Numbered from the stretch's first letter, positions 8,588 through 18,325 are shown. The stretch is DNA of 64,000 nucleotides from a bacterium (GCA_016873475.1 VGXI01000001.1:2079-66078); one strand, 5' to 3'. The notes: generated by a model from the letters alone, not told the origin. Translations and numbers: made by a program.

Positions 8588-10633
8588 ATGCGGGCGCTGT
8601 CGCTGTTCGTCCCGCGCTTGCTGTTGCTCTGCCTGCTTCCGCTCCTCGCGAGCGTCGCGGTGCCCGCGCTGGCCGACGCGGCCAAGACCCCCACGCCACC
8701 CGACAGCCTGCCCGGTGTCTATGCGCTGCCGTCCGTGGTGGTGACCGCCGATCCGCTCGCCCCGGCGCCGGCGCTCGGCGAGACGCGCCTGGGGGGGCCG
8801 TCCCTGCGCGAGAGGAGCGAGCCCGATGTCGCGGGCCTCGCGCCCCTGCTGCCCGCGCTGCGCCTCGGCCTCAACTCGCGCGGTGAATCGCAATTCATGC
8901 TGCGCGGCGCTTCGGAGCGCCACCTGCTGGTCAGCCAGGACGGCATTCCCCTGAACCTGGCCTGGGACGAGCGCAGCGACCTCTCCCTGCAGCCGGCCGA
9001 GGCCGTGGGAGCGGTGCGCGTCCGTCGCGGCGTGCGCAGCCTCTTGCAGGGCGCCGGCGCCCTGGCCGGCAGCCTCGAGCTGCACTCGCGGGCGGCGCCG
9101 GCGGCGGGCGGCGAGAGCGCGCTCGACCTCGGCGTCGGCGAAGCCGGCCACCTTCGCGCGGCCCTGCTGCACGGGCGCCGCCTCGGCGCCTGGGGCCTGC
9201 TCGCGAGCCTCGCCCGCACTCGCCGCGACGGCTGGCTCCGACCCGCCGGCTACCACAGCGCCTACAACGAGGCGCAGGGCCGCCTGCGCCAGAACAGCGA
9301 CCTCGCGCGCGCGAGCGCATTCGTCACGCTCGATAGGCCGCTGCCCCGCGAGGGCCGCCTCGCGCTGCACCTGGGGGGCAGCCGCGTCGAGAAGGGAGTG
9401 CCACCGGAAACGCACAGCGAGGACGCGCGCTTCTGGCGTTACCCGGACAGCCAGCGCTGGCTCGGCGGCTTCGGCCTCGATCAGCCGCTGGACGCGGGGG
9501 GCGCCTGGCGGCTCGGCCTCGTCGCCGCCCTCGACGCTGCCGACACGGACATCCTCGACTACGAAGACGCCAGCTACAGCGGGCCCGCGGCGGCGATCGG
9601 CCGCGAGCTCGACGAAGACCGCACGCTGCACCTGCGCCTGCTCCTCGAGCGCCGTTTCGCGGGCGGTCGCCTCAGTCTGGCCAGTGAGCTGCGCAACGCG
9701 CGCCACAAGGAGCTGCTCCCCGGGGAAACGGACTGGCAGCGCTATGCGCAGCGCCGCATCGCGGAGACACTGGAACTGGAGTTCTCGCCGCGTCCGGCCT
9801 GGACTCTGCGCGCCGGCACGGCTTGGCTGCGCGCGTCGACGCCCGCGAGCGGCGACAAGCCGGCCCGCGATGCCGATCAGATGAGCGACTGGCTCCTGTC
9901 CCTGGGCCGCCGGCTCGATGGTGCACAGTCGCTCGAGCTGTCGCTCTCGCGCCGCGGGCGCTTCCCCGGCCTGCGCGAGCTCTACTCGGGCGCGCTGGGG
10001 AAGTTCGTCCCCAATCCGGATCTCGCGCCCGAGGCACAGACCCTCACCGAGCTGGCCTACCGCCGCGAGGGCGAGCGGCTGCGCCTGGACTGCTCGCTCT
10101 TCGCGGCGCGGCTCGCCGGCGCCATCGAGCGCATCGTCGTGAACAGCGAGACGGGCGCCTTTCAGCGCGTGAACCTCGACGCGCTGCGCAGCCTGGGGGC
10201 CGAGGCCGAGCTGGCCCTGCGCGCAGGCGCCGGAGTCGACGTGAGCATCCACTGGCTGCAGCTCGCGGCGCGCCGCCGCGTGGATGGCGACTACGAGGGC
10301 CAGGTCGAGGACCGCCCGAACTGCATCGGCGGTCTGCGCCTGGGCTGGTCTGCTCCTCGCGGCTGGCGCCTGGGCGCGGAAGCCGGCCTGCTCGGCCCGC
10401 GCTGGAGCGCCGACGCCACCGATGCGGCGGACGGCCTGCGCCGCCTGCCGGCGCAGGGCCGCCTCGCGCTGCTCGCCGCCTGGCGGCGCTACCTCGGCCG
10501 GGCCGGCCTCGAGGACCTCGAGCTGCGCCTGCGCCTGGACAATGCGCTCGACAGCATCGTCGAGTCGCAGACCGGCCTGGTCGAGCCGGGGCGCAGCCTT
10601 CAGGTCGGCCTGCGCCTGGGCCTGGGCGTCTGA
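8588..10633 (+). CDS. TonB-dependent receptor family outer-membrane protein (plug + beta-barrel); putative cobalamin/BtuB-like receptor by context
   Basis: Signal peptide MRALSLFVPRLLLLCLLPLLASVAVPALA. Plug-domain motifs (VVVTADPL...ETRLGG...NSRGESQFMLRGASERHLLVSQDGIPLN). Start refined to M45 of the track ORF with GGAG RBS. The C-terminus lacks the usual terminal aromatic residue, so the family assignment is moderate. Confidence 0.6.
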   Translation: MRALSLFVPRLLLLCLLPLLASVAVPALADAAKTPTPPDSLPGVYALPSVVVTADPLAPAPALGETRLGGPSLRERSEPDVAGLAPLLPALRLGLNSRGESQFMLRGASERHLLVSQDGIPLNLAWDERSDLSLQPAEAVGAVRVRRGVRSLLQGAGALAGSLELHSRAAPAAGGESALDLGVGEAGHLRAALLHGRRLGAWGLLASLARTRRDGWLRPAGYHSAYNEAQGRLRQNSDLARASAFVTLDRPLPREGRLALHLGGSRVEKGVPPETHSEDARFWRYPDSQRWLGGFGLDQPLDAGGAWRLGLVAALDAADTDILDYEDASYSGPAAAIGRELDEDRTLHLRLLLERRFAGGRLSLASELRNARHKELLPGETDWQRYAQRRIAETLELEFSPRPAWTLRAGTAWLRASTPASGDKPARDADQMSDWLLSLGRRLDGAQSLELSLSRRGRFPGLRELYSGALGKFVPNPDLAPEAQTLTELAYRREGERLRLDCSLFAARLAGAIERIVVNSETGAFQRVNLDALRSLGAEAELALRAGAGVDVSIHWLQLAARRRVDGDYEGQVEDRPNCIGGLRLGWSAPRGWRLGAEAGLLGPRWSADATDAADGLRRLPAQGRLALLAAWRRYLGRAGLEDLELRLRLDNALDSIVESQTGLVEPGRSLQVGLRLGLGV

Positions 10634-10652
10634 GCTTCCAAGAAGGCAGACC

Positions 10653-10681
10653 TTGACCGGCGGGTATCTGTACTGTACGCT
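10653..10681 (+). promoter_or_regulatory. Promoter/operator candidate upstream of the CarH-like gene: TTGACC followed by tandem TGTAC half-sites (tatcTGTACTGTACgct); approximate coordinates
   Basis: AT-richer island about 70 nt upstream of the regulator start. GTAC-containing repeats of the same kind recur downstream of the gene (CTGTACAG). Confidence 0.3.
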
Positions 10682-10746
10682 ACCTGAACAATTCCTCTCC
10701 CGAATCCCCGGGACCTGGCAGGGCGAGGCAGGCCGGACGCTGAGCG

Positions 10747-11706
10747 ATGGACGAAGCCGAAGCCCGACATCCAATCGCCGTGGTCATGCGGCGCACGCGC
10801 CTGAGCGCGGAGCTGCTGCGGGCCTGGGAGCGGCGCTACGGCGCCGTCCGGCCGGGCCGCGGCGCGACCGGCCGGCGCCTCTACTCCGACCTCGACATCG
10901 AGCGCCTGCGCCTGCTCAAGCAGCTCACCGAAGGGGGGCGGCGCATCGGCGAGGTGGCGGCGCTGCCGCTCGCCGCGCTGCAGGGCCTCGAACGCGAGGA
11001 CATCGCCGCCCGGCTGGAGAGCGCCGCGCTCGCGCCGGCCCGGCCGGCCGGCCCGGGGCGGCCGGCGCCGGGCGAGGAGTGTGCGGCGCTGCTCGCCCGC
11101 GCCCTGGCGGCCGTGGAAGACCTCGATCCCCGCGCCCTGCAGGCCGTGCTCGGCGAGGCGAGCGTCGCGCTCAGTCCCGCGCGCCTGCGCGAGGAGTTCC
11201 TCGTGCCCTTGATGGTGCTCATCGGGCAGCGCTGGCACGAGGGCAGCCTGCGCGTGGCGCACGAGCACCTCGCCACGGCCGTCGTGCAGGGCTTCGTGAC
11301 CGAACTCCAGCGGCGGCCACCCCTCTCCGAGACGGCGCCGCGCCTGGTGGCGGCCACGCTCACCGGCAGTCGCCACGAGCTCGGCGTTCTCCTGGCCTGC
11401 GCGGCCGCGGCCGAGGAGGGCTGGGACGTGGCCTACCTGGGCCCCGGGCTGCCGGCCGAGGAGATCGCGGCCGCCGCCCGCCAGCGCCGGGCCCAGGCCG
11501 TGGCGCTGGGTCTCACCCTCATCGACGACCGGGCCTTCGTTCAGAGGGAGCTGGGCCGCCTGCGCGAGCTGATCGGCCCCGGCGTCCAGCTCTACATCGG
11601 CGGCGCGGCCGCCTCCCGCCTCGGCGATGCCCTGGGGCCCAGCGGGGCGGTGGCGGTCCCGACCCTCGCGGAATTCAGCCGCCTCCTCCGTCTCAAGTCA
11701 AACTAG
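10747..11706 (+). CDS. CarH/LitR-like MerR-family regulator with C-terminal cobalamin-binding domain (putative light/B12-responsive)
   Basis: N-terminal MerR HTH (AVVMRRTRLSAELLRAWERRYG). Wx9EH motif (WHEGSLRVAHEH). B12-binding xHxxG (SRHELG) plus GWDVAYLG. Confidence 0.75.
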   Translation: MDEAEARHPIAVVMRRTRLSAELLRAWERRYGAVRPGRGATGRRLYSDLDIERLRLLKQLTEGGRRIGEVAALPLAALQGLEREDIAARLESAALAPARPAGPGRPAPGEECAALLARALAAVEDLDPRALQAVLGEASVALSPARLREEFLVPLMVLIGQRWHEGSLRVAHEHLATAVVQGFVTELQRRPPLSETAPRLVAATLTGSRHELGVLLACAAAAEEGWDVAYLGPGLPAEEIAAAARQRRAQAVALGLTLIDDRAFVQRELGRLRELIGPGVQLYIGGAAASRLGDALGPSGAVAVPTLAEFSRLLRLKSN

Positions 11707-11736
11707 AAGAATAGTTTACGGCCCTGGTCAGGGCGC

Positions 11737-11772
11737 CGGCCTGCCCGGCGTTGCCACTGCTTATCAAACGTA
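11737..11772 (+). terminator. GC hairpin (cgccggc-ctgc-ccggcg) followed by a T-richer stretch downstream of the CarH-like gene; approximate coordinates
   Basis: Perfect 6-7 bp GC stem with a 4-5 nt loop, about 30 nt after the stop, followed by ttgccactgcttatc. Confidence 0.35.
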
Positions 11773-11817
11773 CAGATTTTTCCCTGACGACCTTAGGCTC
11801 TTCGTCTAGATTTTGTC

Positions 11818-11825
11818 CTGTACAG
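11818..11825 (+). promoter_or_regulatory. Perfect palindrome CTGTACAG in an AT-rich intergenic region (a second GTACAGA copy about 45 nt upstream); candidate CarH-type operator/promoter for the downstream gene
   Basis: Region 11707-11893 is unusually AT-rich for this genome. The palindrome and the related aacGTACAGAttt repeat resemble the TGTAC repeats upstream of the CarH-like gene. Confidence 0.3.
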
Positions 11826-11893
11826 AGCGGCAGCAAGCAGCACCGGCGGACGCCGGAGAGCTTCTCGACCGGACCAAACGACGGAGGCCAACG

Positions 11894-12122
11894 ATGACGA
11901 AGCACTTCCTCTTCGGGCTGACTGGCCCTTCCCTCGCGCTGATCGCCACCCCGCAGGCCCAGCCGACTGCAGGGCTCGCCGAGACCCTGAGCGGGCGCGG
12001 CCCCTTCACGCTCTTCGCGCCCACGGACGAGGCCTTCGCCAAGCGGCCCGCCGGCACGGTCGAGGCCCTGCTCAAGGATCCCGAGGCCCTGCGCGCCATC
12101 CTGCTGCACCCCGTCGTCGCTG
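11894..12122 (+). pseudogene. Fasciclin (FAS1) domain gene fragment, truncated (only about 75 aa of an about 135-aa FAS1 domain, then the frame is lost)
   Basis: [42 protein letters not shown] matches FAS1 up to the H-box. GGAGG RBS. After about 12120 the frame continues as Arg/Gly junk, and the coding signal moves to another frame. Confidence 0.5.
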
Positions 12123-12500
12123 GCACCGCTCGCGGAGGCCTTCTCGGGCAGCAGCGCCGTCCTGCTGCGCGCCCTGCACGGCTCGCCCGATGCCCCGGCC
12201 GTGGACATCGGCACGGTGAGCGGCGGCACCTTCACCGCGGTGCCCGGTCTCACCGATCTGGCCTTCGGGGACGCCTCTGCCAGCTCGGGCCTGGCCTTGC
12301 CGGCCGGTCCGATCGTGCTCGGCATCGCCGCGGCCAACGCCCCCGATCCCGTGGCCACCTTCAGCGTGGCGCCGGCTTCCGGACAGCGCCTGTTCGCGCT
12401 GGCCCTCGGCTCGCTCGCGGGCCAAGGCGAGGACTTCCGCCTGGTGCAGGTCGACACCGCGCCTGCGACCTGGTCGGCAACCTCCGTCATGCCGGGCTGA
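12117..12500 (+). pseudogene. DUF4397-like domain fragment (one repeat) in a different frame from the preceding fasciclin fragment; likely frameshifted or decayed gene
   Basis: [24 protein letters not shown]... matches the DUF4397 [11 protein letters not shown] signature. There is no start codon or RBS of its own. Confidence 0.45.
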
Positions 12501-12656
12501 AGGCCGACGCGATCGCCAGTACTGGGCGCTTCAATCGGCAAGGGCAGGGGGCGGGCGCCGCGAGCTGCCCGCCCCTCATTTCGCCGGCGTTTCCCGCCTG
12601 GGCACTGCCACTGCTCTGTGCTAGGCTGCCCGCTTTCCACCGCGGAGGCGAGCCGC

Positions 12657-14063
12657 ATGAACGGCGAGATCGACATCAGCTTCTGGGGCGCGGCGCGGGA
12701 CGTCACCGGCAGCCGCCACCTGCTCGGCCTGGGGGCCGAGAGCATCCTCTTCGACTGCGGCCTCGTGCAGGGCAAGCGCGCCGAGGCCGACCGGGCCAAC
12801 CGCGAGCTGCCCTTCAAGGCGAGCGCGGTGAAGGCCGTCCTGCTCAGCCACGCTCACATGGACCACGGCGGCAACCTGCCCAGCCTCGTCGCCCGCGGCT
12901 TCAGGGGCAAGATCCACTGCACGCGGGCCACGGCCGACCTGCTGGCCGTGATGCTCAGGGACAGCGCCCACATCCAGGCGCGCGACGCCGAGTGGCTGAA
13001 CCGCCGGCGCCGGCGCGGCGAGGCGCCCGTCGAGCCGCTCTACGACCTGGCCGACGTCGAGCGCACGCTGGGTCTGATCGAGCCGCATCCCTACCGGAAG
13101 TCCTTCAGCGTGCGGCCGGGGGTGACCGCGACCTTCCGCGACGCGGGGCACATCCTGGGCAGCGCCTTCGTCGAGACGGTGATCGAACGCGGGGGCGGCC
13201 AGCGCCTGCGCCTCACCTTCTCGGGCGACCTGGGCCGGCGCTTCCTGCCCATCCTCAAGGATCCCGAGCAGCCCGAGGCCGCCGACGTGCTGATCCTGGA
13301 GAGCACCTACGGCGACCGCTTCCACGCCGACATCCGCGGCGCCGAGGAGCAGCTCGGCGCGATCGTCGGTCGCACCGCCGCGCGGGGCGGCAAGGTGATC
13401 ATCCCCGCCTTCAGCGTGGGCCGCAGCCAGGAGCTCATCTACGAGCTGCACCGCCTGATCACGGCGGGGGAGATCCCCGACCTGCCGGTCTACATCGACA
13501 GCCCGCTCACGGCGAAGGCGAGCCAGGTTTTCGCCGCCCACGAGGAGTGCTTCGACGCCGAGACCTGGGCGATCCTGTCGGCGGGCGGCGATCCCTTCGG
13601 CTTCGAGCGCATGCGCTACGTGGAGAGCGTCGAGGAGTCCAAGCGCCTGAACAGCCACCGCGGGCCCTGCGTGATCATCTCCGCCTCGGGCATGTGCGAA
13701 GCCGGCCGCGTGCTGCACCACCTCGCCAACAGCGTCGAGGACCCGCGCAACACGGTGCTCATCGTCGGCTTCCAGGCGGGAAACACGCTGGGGCGGCGGC
13801 TCGAGGAGGGCGCCAAGCGCGTGCGCATCCTCGGCGAGGAGTACAAGGTGGCCGCCGAGGTCGTCGCCCTGCATGCCTACAGCGCCCACGCGGACCGGCT
13901 CGACCTGCTGCGCTTCTACGAGAACATGCGGGAGCGGCCGGGGCGCATCTTCCTGGTCCACGGCGAGGAGCGCCAGTCGGAGGCCCTGGCCGCGGCCCTG
14001 CGCGAGAAGGGCGCGGCCGCGGTGGAGGTGCCCGCCCTCGGCGATCGCTTCCGGCTCGAGTAA
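12657..14063 (+). CDS. MBL-fold metallo-hydrolase of the beta-CASP family (RNase J / RNA-metabolising type)
   Basis: HAHMDHGG motif. Beta-CASP motifs and a C-terminal RNA-specificity region. Start refined to [12 protein letters not shown] with GGAGG RBS. Confidence 0.8.
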   Translation: MNGEIDISFWGAARDVTGSRHLLGLGAESILFDCGLVQGKRAEADRANRELPFKASAVKAVLLSHAHMDHGGNLPSLVARGFRGKIHCTRATADLLAVMLRDSAHIQARDAEWLNRRRRRGEAPVEPLYDLADVERTLGLIEPHPYRKSFSVRPGVTATFRDAGHILGSAFVETVIERGGGQRLRLTFSGDLGRRFLPILKDPEQPEAADVLILESTYGDRFHADIRGAEEQLGAIVGRTAARGGKVIIPAFSVGRSQELIYELHRLITAGEIPDLPVYIDSPLTAKASQVFAAHEECFDAETWAILSAGGDPFGFERMRYVESVEESKRLNSHRGPCVIISASGMCEAGRVLHHLANSVEDPRNTVLIVGFQAGNTLGRRLEEGAKRVRILGEEYKVAAEVVALHAYSAHADRLDLLRFYENMRERPGRIFLVHGEERQSEALAAALREKGAAAVEVPALGDRFRLE

Positions 14064-14143
14064 GGCACTTCCACTGCGCGCGCCGCCCGAAGTACCCGGC
14101 TCGAGGAGAGCGCCCGAATCCCGGCGGACCAACAAGCAGGCTC

Positions 14144-14254
14144 TGGGACGGCTGCACGGATGCGGGCGGGGCTGCCGCGGCAGGTGTCTACTTCGCCCGG
14201 GTGCGCTATACTGATGGGACGGTAGCCTCGCGGAAGTTCACCCTCCTGCGATAA
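14144..14254 (+). pseudogene. Orphan 3' remnant of a T9SS/FlgD-Ig-type C-terminal sorting domain (…[37 protein letters not shown])
   Basis: Only the last roughly 35 aa of the conserved C-terminal sorting domain remain, with no upstream body in frame. It lies between the RNase J-like gene and the next gene. Confidence 0.45.
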
Positions 14255-14261
14255 GGAGGCG

Positions 14262-15737
14262 GTGATGCGTTGGAGAGAACCCTTGAGGGTAACGCTGTGC
14301 GCTCTCCTGTCGGCCGCAGTTCTGACCGGGCGAAGCCAGGCCGAGGGAAGCTGGTCGACGGAGTTCGTCGGCAATGGGCTGTGGTACAACGGCAGTTACG
14401 GATGGGGCCGGGCTGTGGCTTGGTACGACGATCGCCTTTTCGTGGGTGGCGGCTTCGACCGCGCCGGAGGACAGGTGGCGAACGGCATCGCCGCCTGGAA
14501 CGGCACGGCGTGGTCACCGCTCGGATCGGGAGTCTGGGATGCGTTCAATAACGATCCTGGGACTGTCCAGGCTTTCTTGGCGCACGACGGCCAGCTCTTC
14601 GTCGGGGGCTCCTTCACCCACGCGGGCGGGGTCCAGGCCCAGAATCTCGCCAAGTGGTATCCCCCCGATCACTGGCTGGCCGCCGGCAATATCAACGGCA
14701 CCGTGACCTGCATGACCGAGTACAACGGCGATCTCATCGTGGGCGGTGGCTTCGACCATGTCGATTGGGACGGCGAGTGGCTGTACACGGGGAACGTCGC
14801 CGGCCTGGGCCCCTCCGGCTGGTACCCCATCGCGGGGTACGGCGGCTCCAGCGGCGTCATCGACCTGGCCGTCTGGAACGGCCAGCTCGTTGCGGGGGGC
14901 GACTTCCACGGCATGCAGGGCAACTACGACCTCGATTACCTCGCCCGCTGGGACGGCAGCACCTGGAGTTCCTTCTCGGCCTCGGGCAATGACGAGATCG
15001 ACGGGTTCGTGAAGGCCATTGTAGTCTTTCAGGGGGAGCTCTACATCGGCGGCAGCTTCTGGACCATCGGCGGCAAGCCCGTCGAGAAGATGGCGCGCTG
15101 GGACGGTGTCGAGTGGCAGCCCGTCGGCGAGGAGGTCTGGTCGGCGCTCATTCTCGGGAGTGGCGTGAGCAGCTTCGCCATCTACAATGGCGCGCTCTTT
15201 GTCGGCGGCAGTTTCCGCCTCGGCGCCCCCTGGTGGACCGACGGCATCATGCGCTGGGACGGCGCAAGCTGGTCTACTTGCGGCGCGGGCTTGAGCAACT
15301 CCGCTCTAGTCATCGACCTCGAGAGAGTCGACGATGGTGTCTCGGAGAAGCTGTATGCGGCCGGTGTCTTCTCCCTGGCGGATGGGTACATCGACAGCAG
15401 GGGGATTGCAGCCTGGATCGAGACGCCCGTGACCGCCGTCGCGGAAGCCGGTGTCCCTCGCGGGGTCACCCTGCACCCGAGCAGCCCGAATCCTTTCAAT
15501 GCGCAGACCCGTGTCGCATTCACCCTCGAGGAGGAGACCTGGCTCAAGGTAGACCTGCTGGATGTTCTCGGCCGGTTGGTTGCGACCCTGACGGAGGGCC
15601 TGCATGGCCCTGGAGAGCAGACCTTCGATTGGCAGGGTCGGGACAACCGGGGCAATGAGCTGCCCTCGGGCATCTATCTGCTGCGGCTGAGCAGCCCCGC
15701 GGGGGCGCAGCTCCAGAAGCTCGTCCTCGCCAAGTGA
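14262..15737 (+). CDS. Secreted beta-propeller repeat protein with T9SS-type C-terminal sorting domain
   Basis: Signal peptide. About 7 repeats of W(D/N)G..W...G....VxAx....LxVGGxF. C-terminal PNPFNAQTRVAFTL...GIYLLRL...QKLVLAK. AAGGAGG RBS. Confidence 0.7.
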   Translation: MMRWREPLRVTLCALLSAAVLTGRSQAEGSWSTEFVGNGLWYNGSYGWGRAVAWYDDRLFVGGGFDRAGGQVANGIAAWNGTAWSPLGSGVWDAFNNDPGTVQAFLAHDGQLFVGGSFTHAGGVQAQNLAKWYPPDHWLAAGNINGTVTCMTEYNGDLIVGGGFDHVDWDGEWLYTGNVAGLGPSGWYPIAGYGGSSGVIDLAVWNGQLVAGGDFHGMQGNYDLDYLARWDGSTWSSFSASGNDEIDGFVKAIVVFQGELYIGGSFWTIGGKPVEKMARWDGVEWQPVGEEVWSALILGSGVSSFAIYNGALFVGGSFRLGAPWWTDGIMRWDGASWSTCGAGLSNSALVIDLERVDDGVSEKLYAAGVFSLADGYIDSRGIAAWIETPVTAVAEAGVPRGVTLHPSSPNPFNAQTRVAFTLEEETWLKVDLLDVLGRLVATLTEGLHGPGEQTFDWQGRDNRGNELPSGIYLLRLSSPAGAQLQKLVLAK

Positions 15738-15826
15738 GGAGGCCTGGCTCAGCGAGCCACCGGCTCAGATCGACCGCCCTCGCAGGGGCGGCACGACCCG
15801 ACGACTCGTGCGGCGGCGGCTCCGAT

Positions 15827-18325
15827 TCAGCGCAATAGCGTCAGGCGCCGGCTCTCCACTTTGCCCTCGCTGATCAAGCGGGCGAAGTAGACCCCGCTCG
15901 GCAGCTCGCGACCGCTGTCGCTGCGGCCGTCCCAGACGAGGCGCTGCGGACCGGCCGGCAGGCGTCCCGCCTGGAGATGCCGCAGCGCGCGCCCCGCCGC
16001 ATCGACGATGACGAGCCGCGCCTCGCCCGCCGCGGGCAGCGTGAAGCTGAGCGTCGTCTGCGGGTTGAAGGGGTTCGGGTAGTTCGCCAGCCCGAAGCCG
16101 GCTGCGGGAGCCTCGGCCACCGCCGTCAGGCCGTCCGTCGCGAAGTCCCAGATGCCCCGCCCGTAGGTGCCGAAGCGCATGACGCCGATGGCCGGCACGG
16201 CCTCCACGCTCCAGAAGAGCGTCAGCGGCGCGCCGGCGCCGATGTACTGCCAGCTCGCGCCGCCGGCCGGCAGCAGGTAGGGGCCGGCCTCCGTGGCCGC
16301 GTAGAGCGTCTCGCTGGCCGGGCTCTCGGCGGCGAGCATGTAGACCAGCGTGGCCGGCAGGCCCTCGCCCGCGGGCGTCCAGTTCAGGCCGCCGTCGTCG
16401 CTGCGGTAGACGGCGGGGCCGCTGTAGCCGCTGCCGCCCAGCCAGGCGCGCTGGGTCGAGAGCGGCGAGAAGGCGATCCCCGTGCCGTGGAAGTAGTGCG
16501 AGGATGGCCCCTGATCGTCGGAGTGCTGCCAGCTGGCGCCGCGGTCGTGGCTGTACCAGATCTCGCCGGTGTCCGTGACGGCGAGCCGGCGGTCCAGATC
16601 CAGCGGCGAGATCGCGAAGGCGCTGAGATAGCTGCCGCCGTACGCCGTGAAGTTCTGCGCGTGATTGGTATAGCTGACGTTGTTGCCTCCGAGCCAGCGG
16701 CCGCGGTAGAGGTACTGCCCGCAGAAGTAGTAGGCCTGCAGGTCCTCGGGATCGGCGACGATGGGCGGCAGCCACAGGTGGCTCGAGCCGGCGGGGAAGT
16801 CGAGGTAGTGGAGCCCGGGCGCGGTCTCGCCCTGCTGCACCAGCGTGAAGCCCGGGTAGACCGAGAAGACGATGCTGTGCGTCCCGTTGCCGGAGGTGAG
16901 GTGGCCGTAGTCGCCGCTGATGAGCTGGGCGAAGTCGGCGATGGGGTCGCGCAGGCCGTCCGCCCACTGGTAGCCCTGATCCTGGCTGCCGGCCGCGATG
17001 CGGTAGGGATCGTTCACGCTGGTGAGGACGTCGTAGTACTGACTGACGCCGAGCCCGTGGAGCGAGAGGTTGGTCACCGAGGCCATGCGGTCGTCGCTGC
17101 GGTAGATGCCGCCGTCCGTGCAGGGGAACCAGCGCTCGCCGAGGCCGGGGATGTTGAACACCTCCAGGCCCGGGTTGTCGGCATGGAGCTTGTGCAAGGG
17201 GTTGCCGTAGTACTCGCCCCAGCCGTTGACCTTCGTGAAGCTGCCGCCGCCGTTCGTGCTCCGCCAGGCCTCGACACCGGCGTAGACGACGATGTCGGGG
17301 TTAGTGATCGAGCAGTTGAGCGTCTCCCACCAGTCGTCCAGCTCGGCGCGGTAGGCCCAGTTGAGACCGCCGTCGGTGCTGCGCCAGAGCTCCCAGTTGT
17401 TGGCAATCCGCGCCGCCGCGTAGAAGGTCGGCGCGCCGGCCTCCGAACCCGCGAGGATCACCTTGCCCGGGTAGCTGGGCAAGTTGCCCAGGGGCGTCCA
17501 GGTGGCGCCCTGGTTCGTGCTCCGGTAGAGCGTGCGGCTGACCATCAGGTAGAGGTCGCTGCCGTCGAGGCGGTCGAGCCAGAAGTCGGCGACGCTGTTG
17601 TTCGTGTGGTTGATCAGCGTGTAGCTGCGGCCGGCATTCTCCGAGCGGTAGAGCTCTGTGCCCTGGCCCTGCGAAGCGAGCAGCAGGTAGACGCGATTCG
17701 CGTTGCCCGGATCGCGCATCACGCGCGTGGCGAGCTGGGGCACGGCCGGCAGACCGGCGGGGAGCTGCCAGGTCGCGCCCTGATCCACGCTGTAGCGGAC
17801 GACCGCGCTCGTGGAGAGCACGGTGATCACCTCGGGGTTCGTCCCGGCAACGGCGACGCCGCCGCGCACGCCGCCGTAGAGATTGTCCGAGAGGGGGCGC
17901 CAGCCGTTGCCCCAGAGGTCGCCCTTCCAGAGGCCGCCCAGGTCCGAGCCGGCGTAGAGGCTGTCGCCGGCCACCGAGATGGCCGCGCAGTGCATGCGGC
18001 CCGCCTGGTTGCGGCTGCCGATTTCTGTCCAGGTCGCCACCCGTCGGCCGGCGGCCGCGTGCCGGGCCTCGCGAGCGCGGCCGTTGGAGGCTTCGATCGT
18101 CCGCCAGTCCGTGCCGGGCGCGGCGCGGTGCATCTGCTCCATCCAGGCGCGGCGGCCCTTGCGGTTCAGGCGCTCGGCGTCCTCGTCGAGGCGGTGCTCG
18201 GTGGGCATCGGCAGCGCGCGCGAGCCGCTCGGCCACAGGCGCAGCTGCCAGGCGAAGGCGAGCGCAAGGGCGGCGCTCAGGGCGAGGGCGAAGCGCGGCA
18301 ACGCGGTCGGGAGGCGGCGCGGCAC
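15827..18325 (-). CDS. Secreted BNR/Asp-box (sortilin/sialidase-like) repeat glycosidase-like protein with T9SS-type C-terminal sorting domain
   Basis: Multiple S.D.G.TW Asp-box repeats. C-terminal NYPNPFNPQTTLSFTL...GVYFARL...RRLTLLR. Start refined to a GTG at 18325 (RBS GAAGGAG), which gives a signal peptide VPRRLPTALPRFALALSAALALAFA. Confidence 0.65.
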   Translation of the reverse strand: MPRRLPTALPRFALALSAALALAFAWQLRLWPSGSRALPMPTEHRLDEDAERLNRKGRRAWMEQMHRAAPGTDWRTIEASNGRAREARHAAAGRRVATWTEIGSRNQAGRMHCAAISVAGDSLYAGSDLGGLWKGDLWGNGWRPLSDNLYGGVRGGVAVAGTNPEVITVLSTSAVVRYSVDQGATWQLPAGLPAVPQLATRVMRDPGNANRVYLLLASQGQGTELYRSENAGRSYTLINHTNNSVADFWLDRLDGSDLYLMVSRTLYRSTNQGATWTPLGNLPSYPGKVILAGSEAGAPTFYAAARIANNWELWRSTDGGLNWAYRAELDDWWETLNCSITNPDIVVYAGVEAWRSTNGGGSFTKVNGWGEYYGNPLHKLHADNPGLEVFNIPGLGERWFPCTDGGIYRSDDRMASVTNLSLHGLGVSQYYDVLTSVNDPYRIAAGSQDQGYQWADGLRDPIADFAQLISGDYGHLTSGNGTHSIVFSVYPGFTLVQQGETAPGLHYLDFPAGSSHLWLPPIVADPEDLQAYYFCGQYLYRGRWLGGNNVSYTNHAQNFTAYGGSYLSAFAISPLDLDRRLAVTDTGEIWYSHDRGASWQHSDDQGPSSHYFHGTGIAFSPLSTQRAWLGGSGYSGPAVYRSDDGGLNWTPAGEGLPATLVYMLAAESPASETLYAATEAGPYLLPAGGASWQYIGAGAPLTLFWSVEAVPAIGVMRFGTYGRGIWDFATDGLTAVAEAPAAGFGLANYPNPFNPQTTLSFTLPAAGEARLVIVDAAGRALRHLQAGRLPAGPQRLVWDGRSDSGRELPSGVYFARLISEGKVESRRLTLLR

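Noticed and set aside
11813-14254. 813-aa ORF treated as one gene
   Set aside because: Only the first 75 aa after the internal ATG (a fasciclin fragment) and the last 35 aa (a sorting-domain remnant) are protein-like. The middle is antisense/out-of-frame junk overlapping the real RNase J-like gene, which is in another frame.
15738-15826. Weak 7-bp hairpin (ccgccct-cgca-ggggcgg) between the convergent beta-propeller and BNR-protein genes as a terminator
   Set aside because: The stem is short with a G-U pair and has no T-tract. It is plausible but not distinguishable from background GC-rich self-complementarity.
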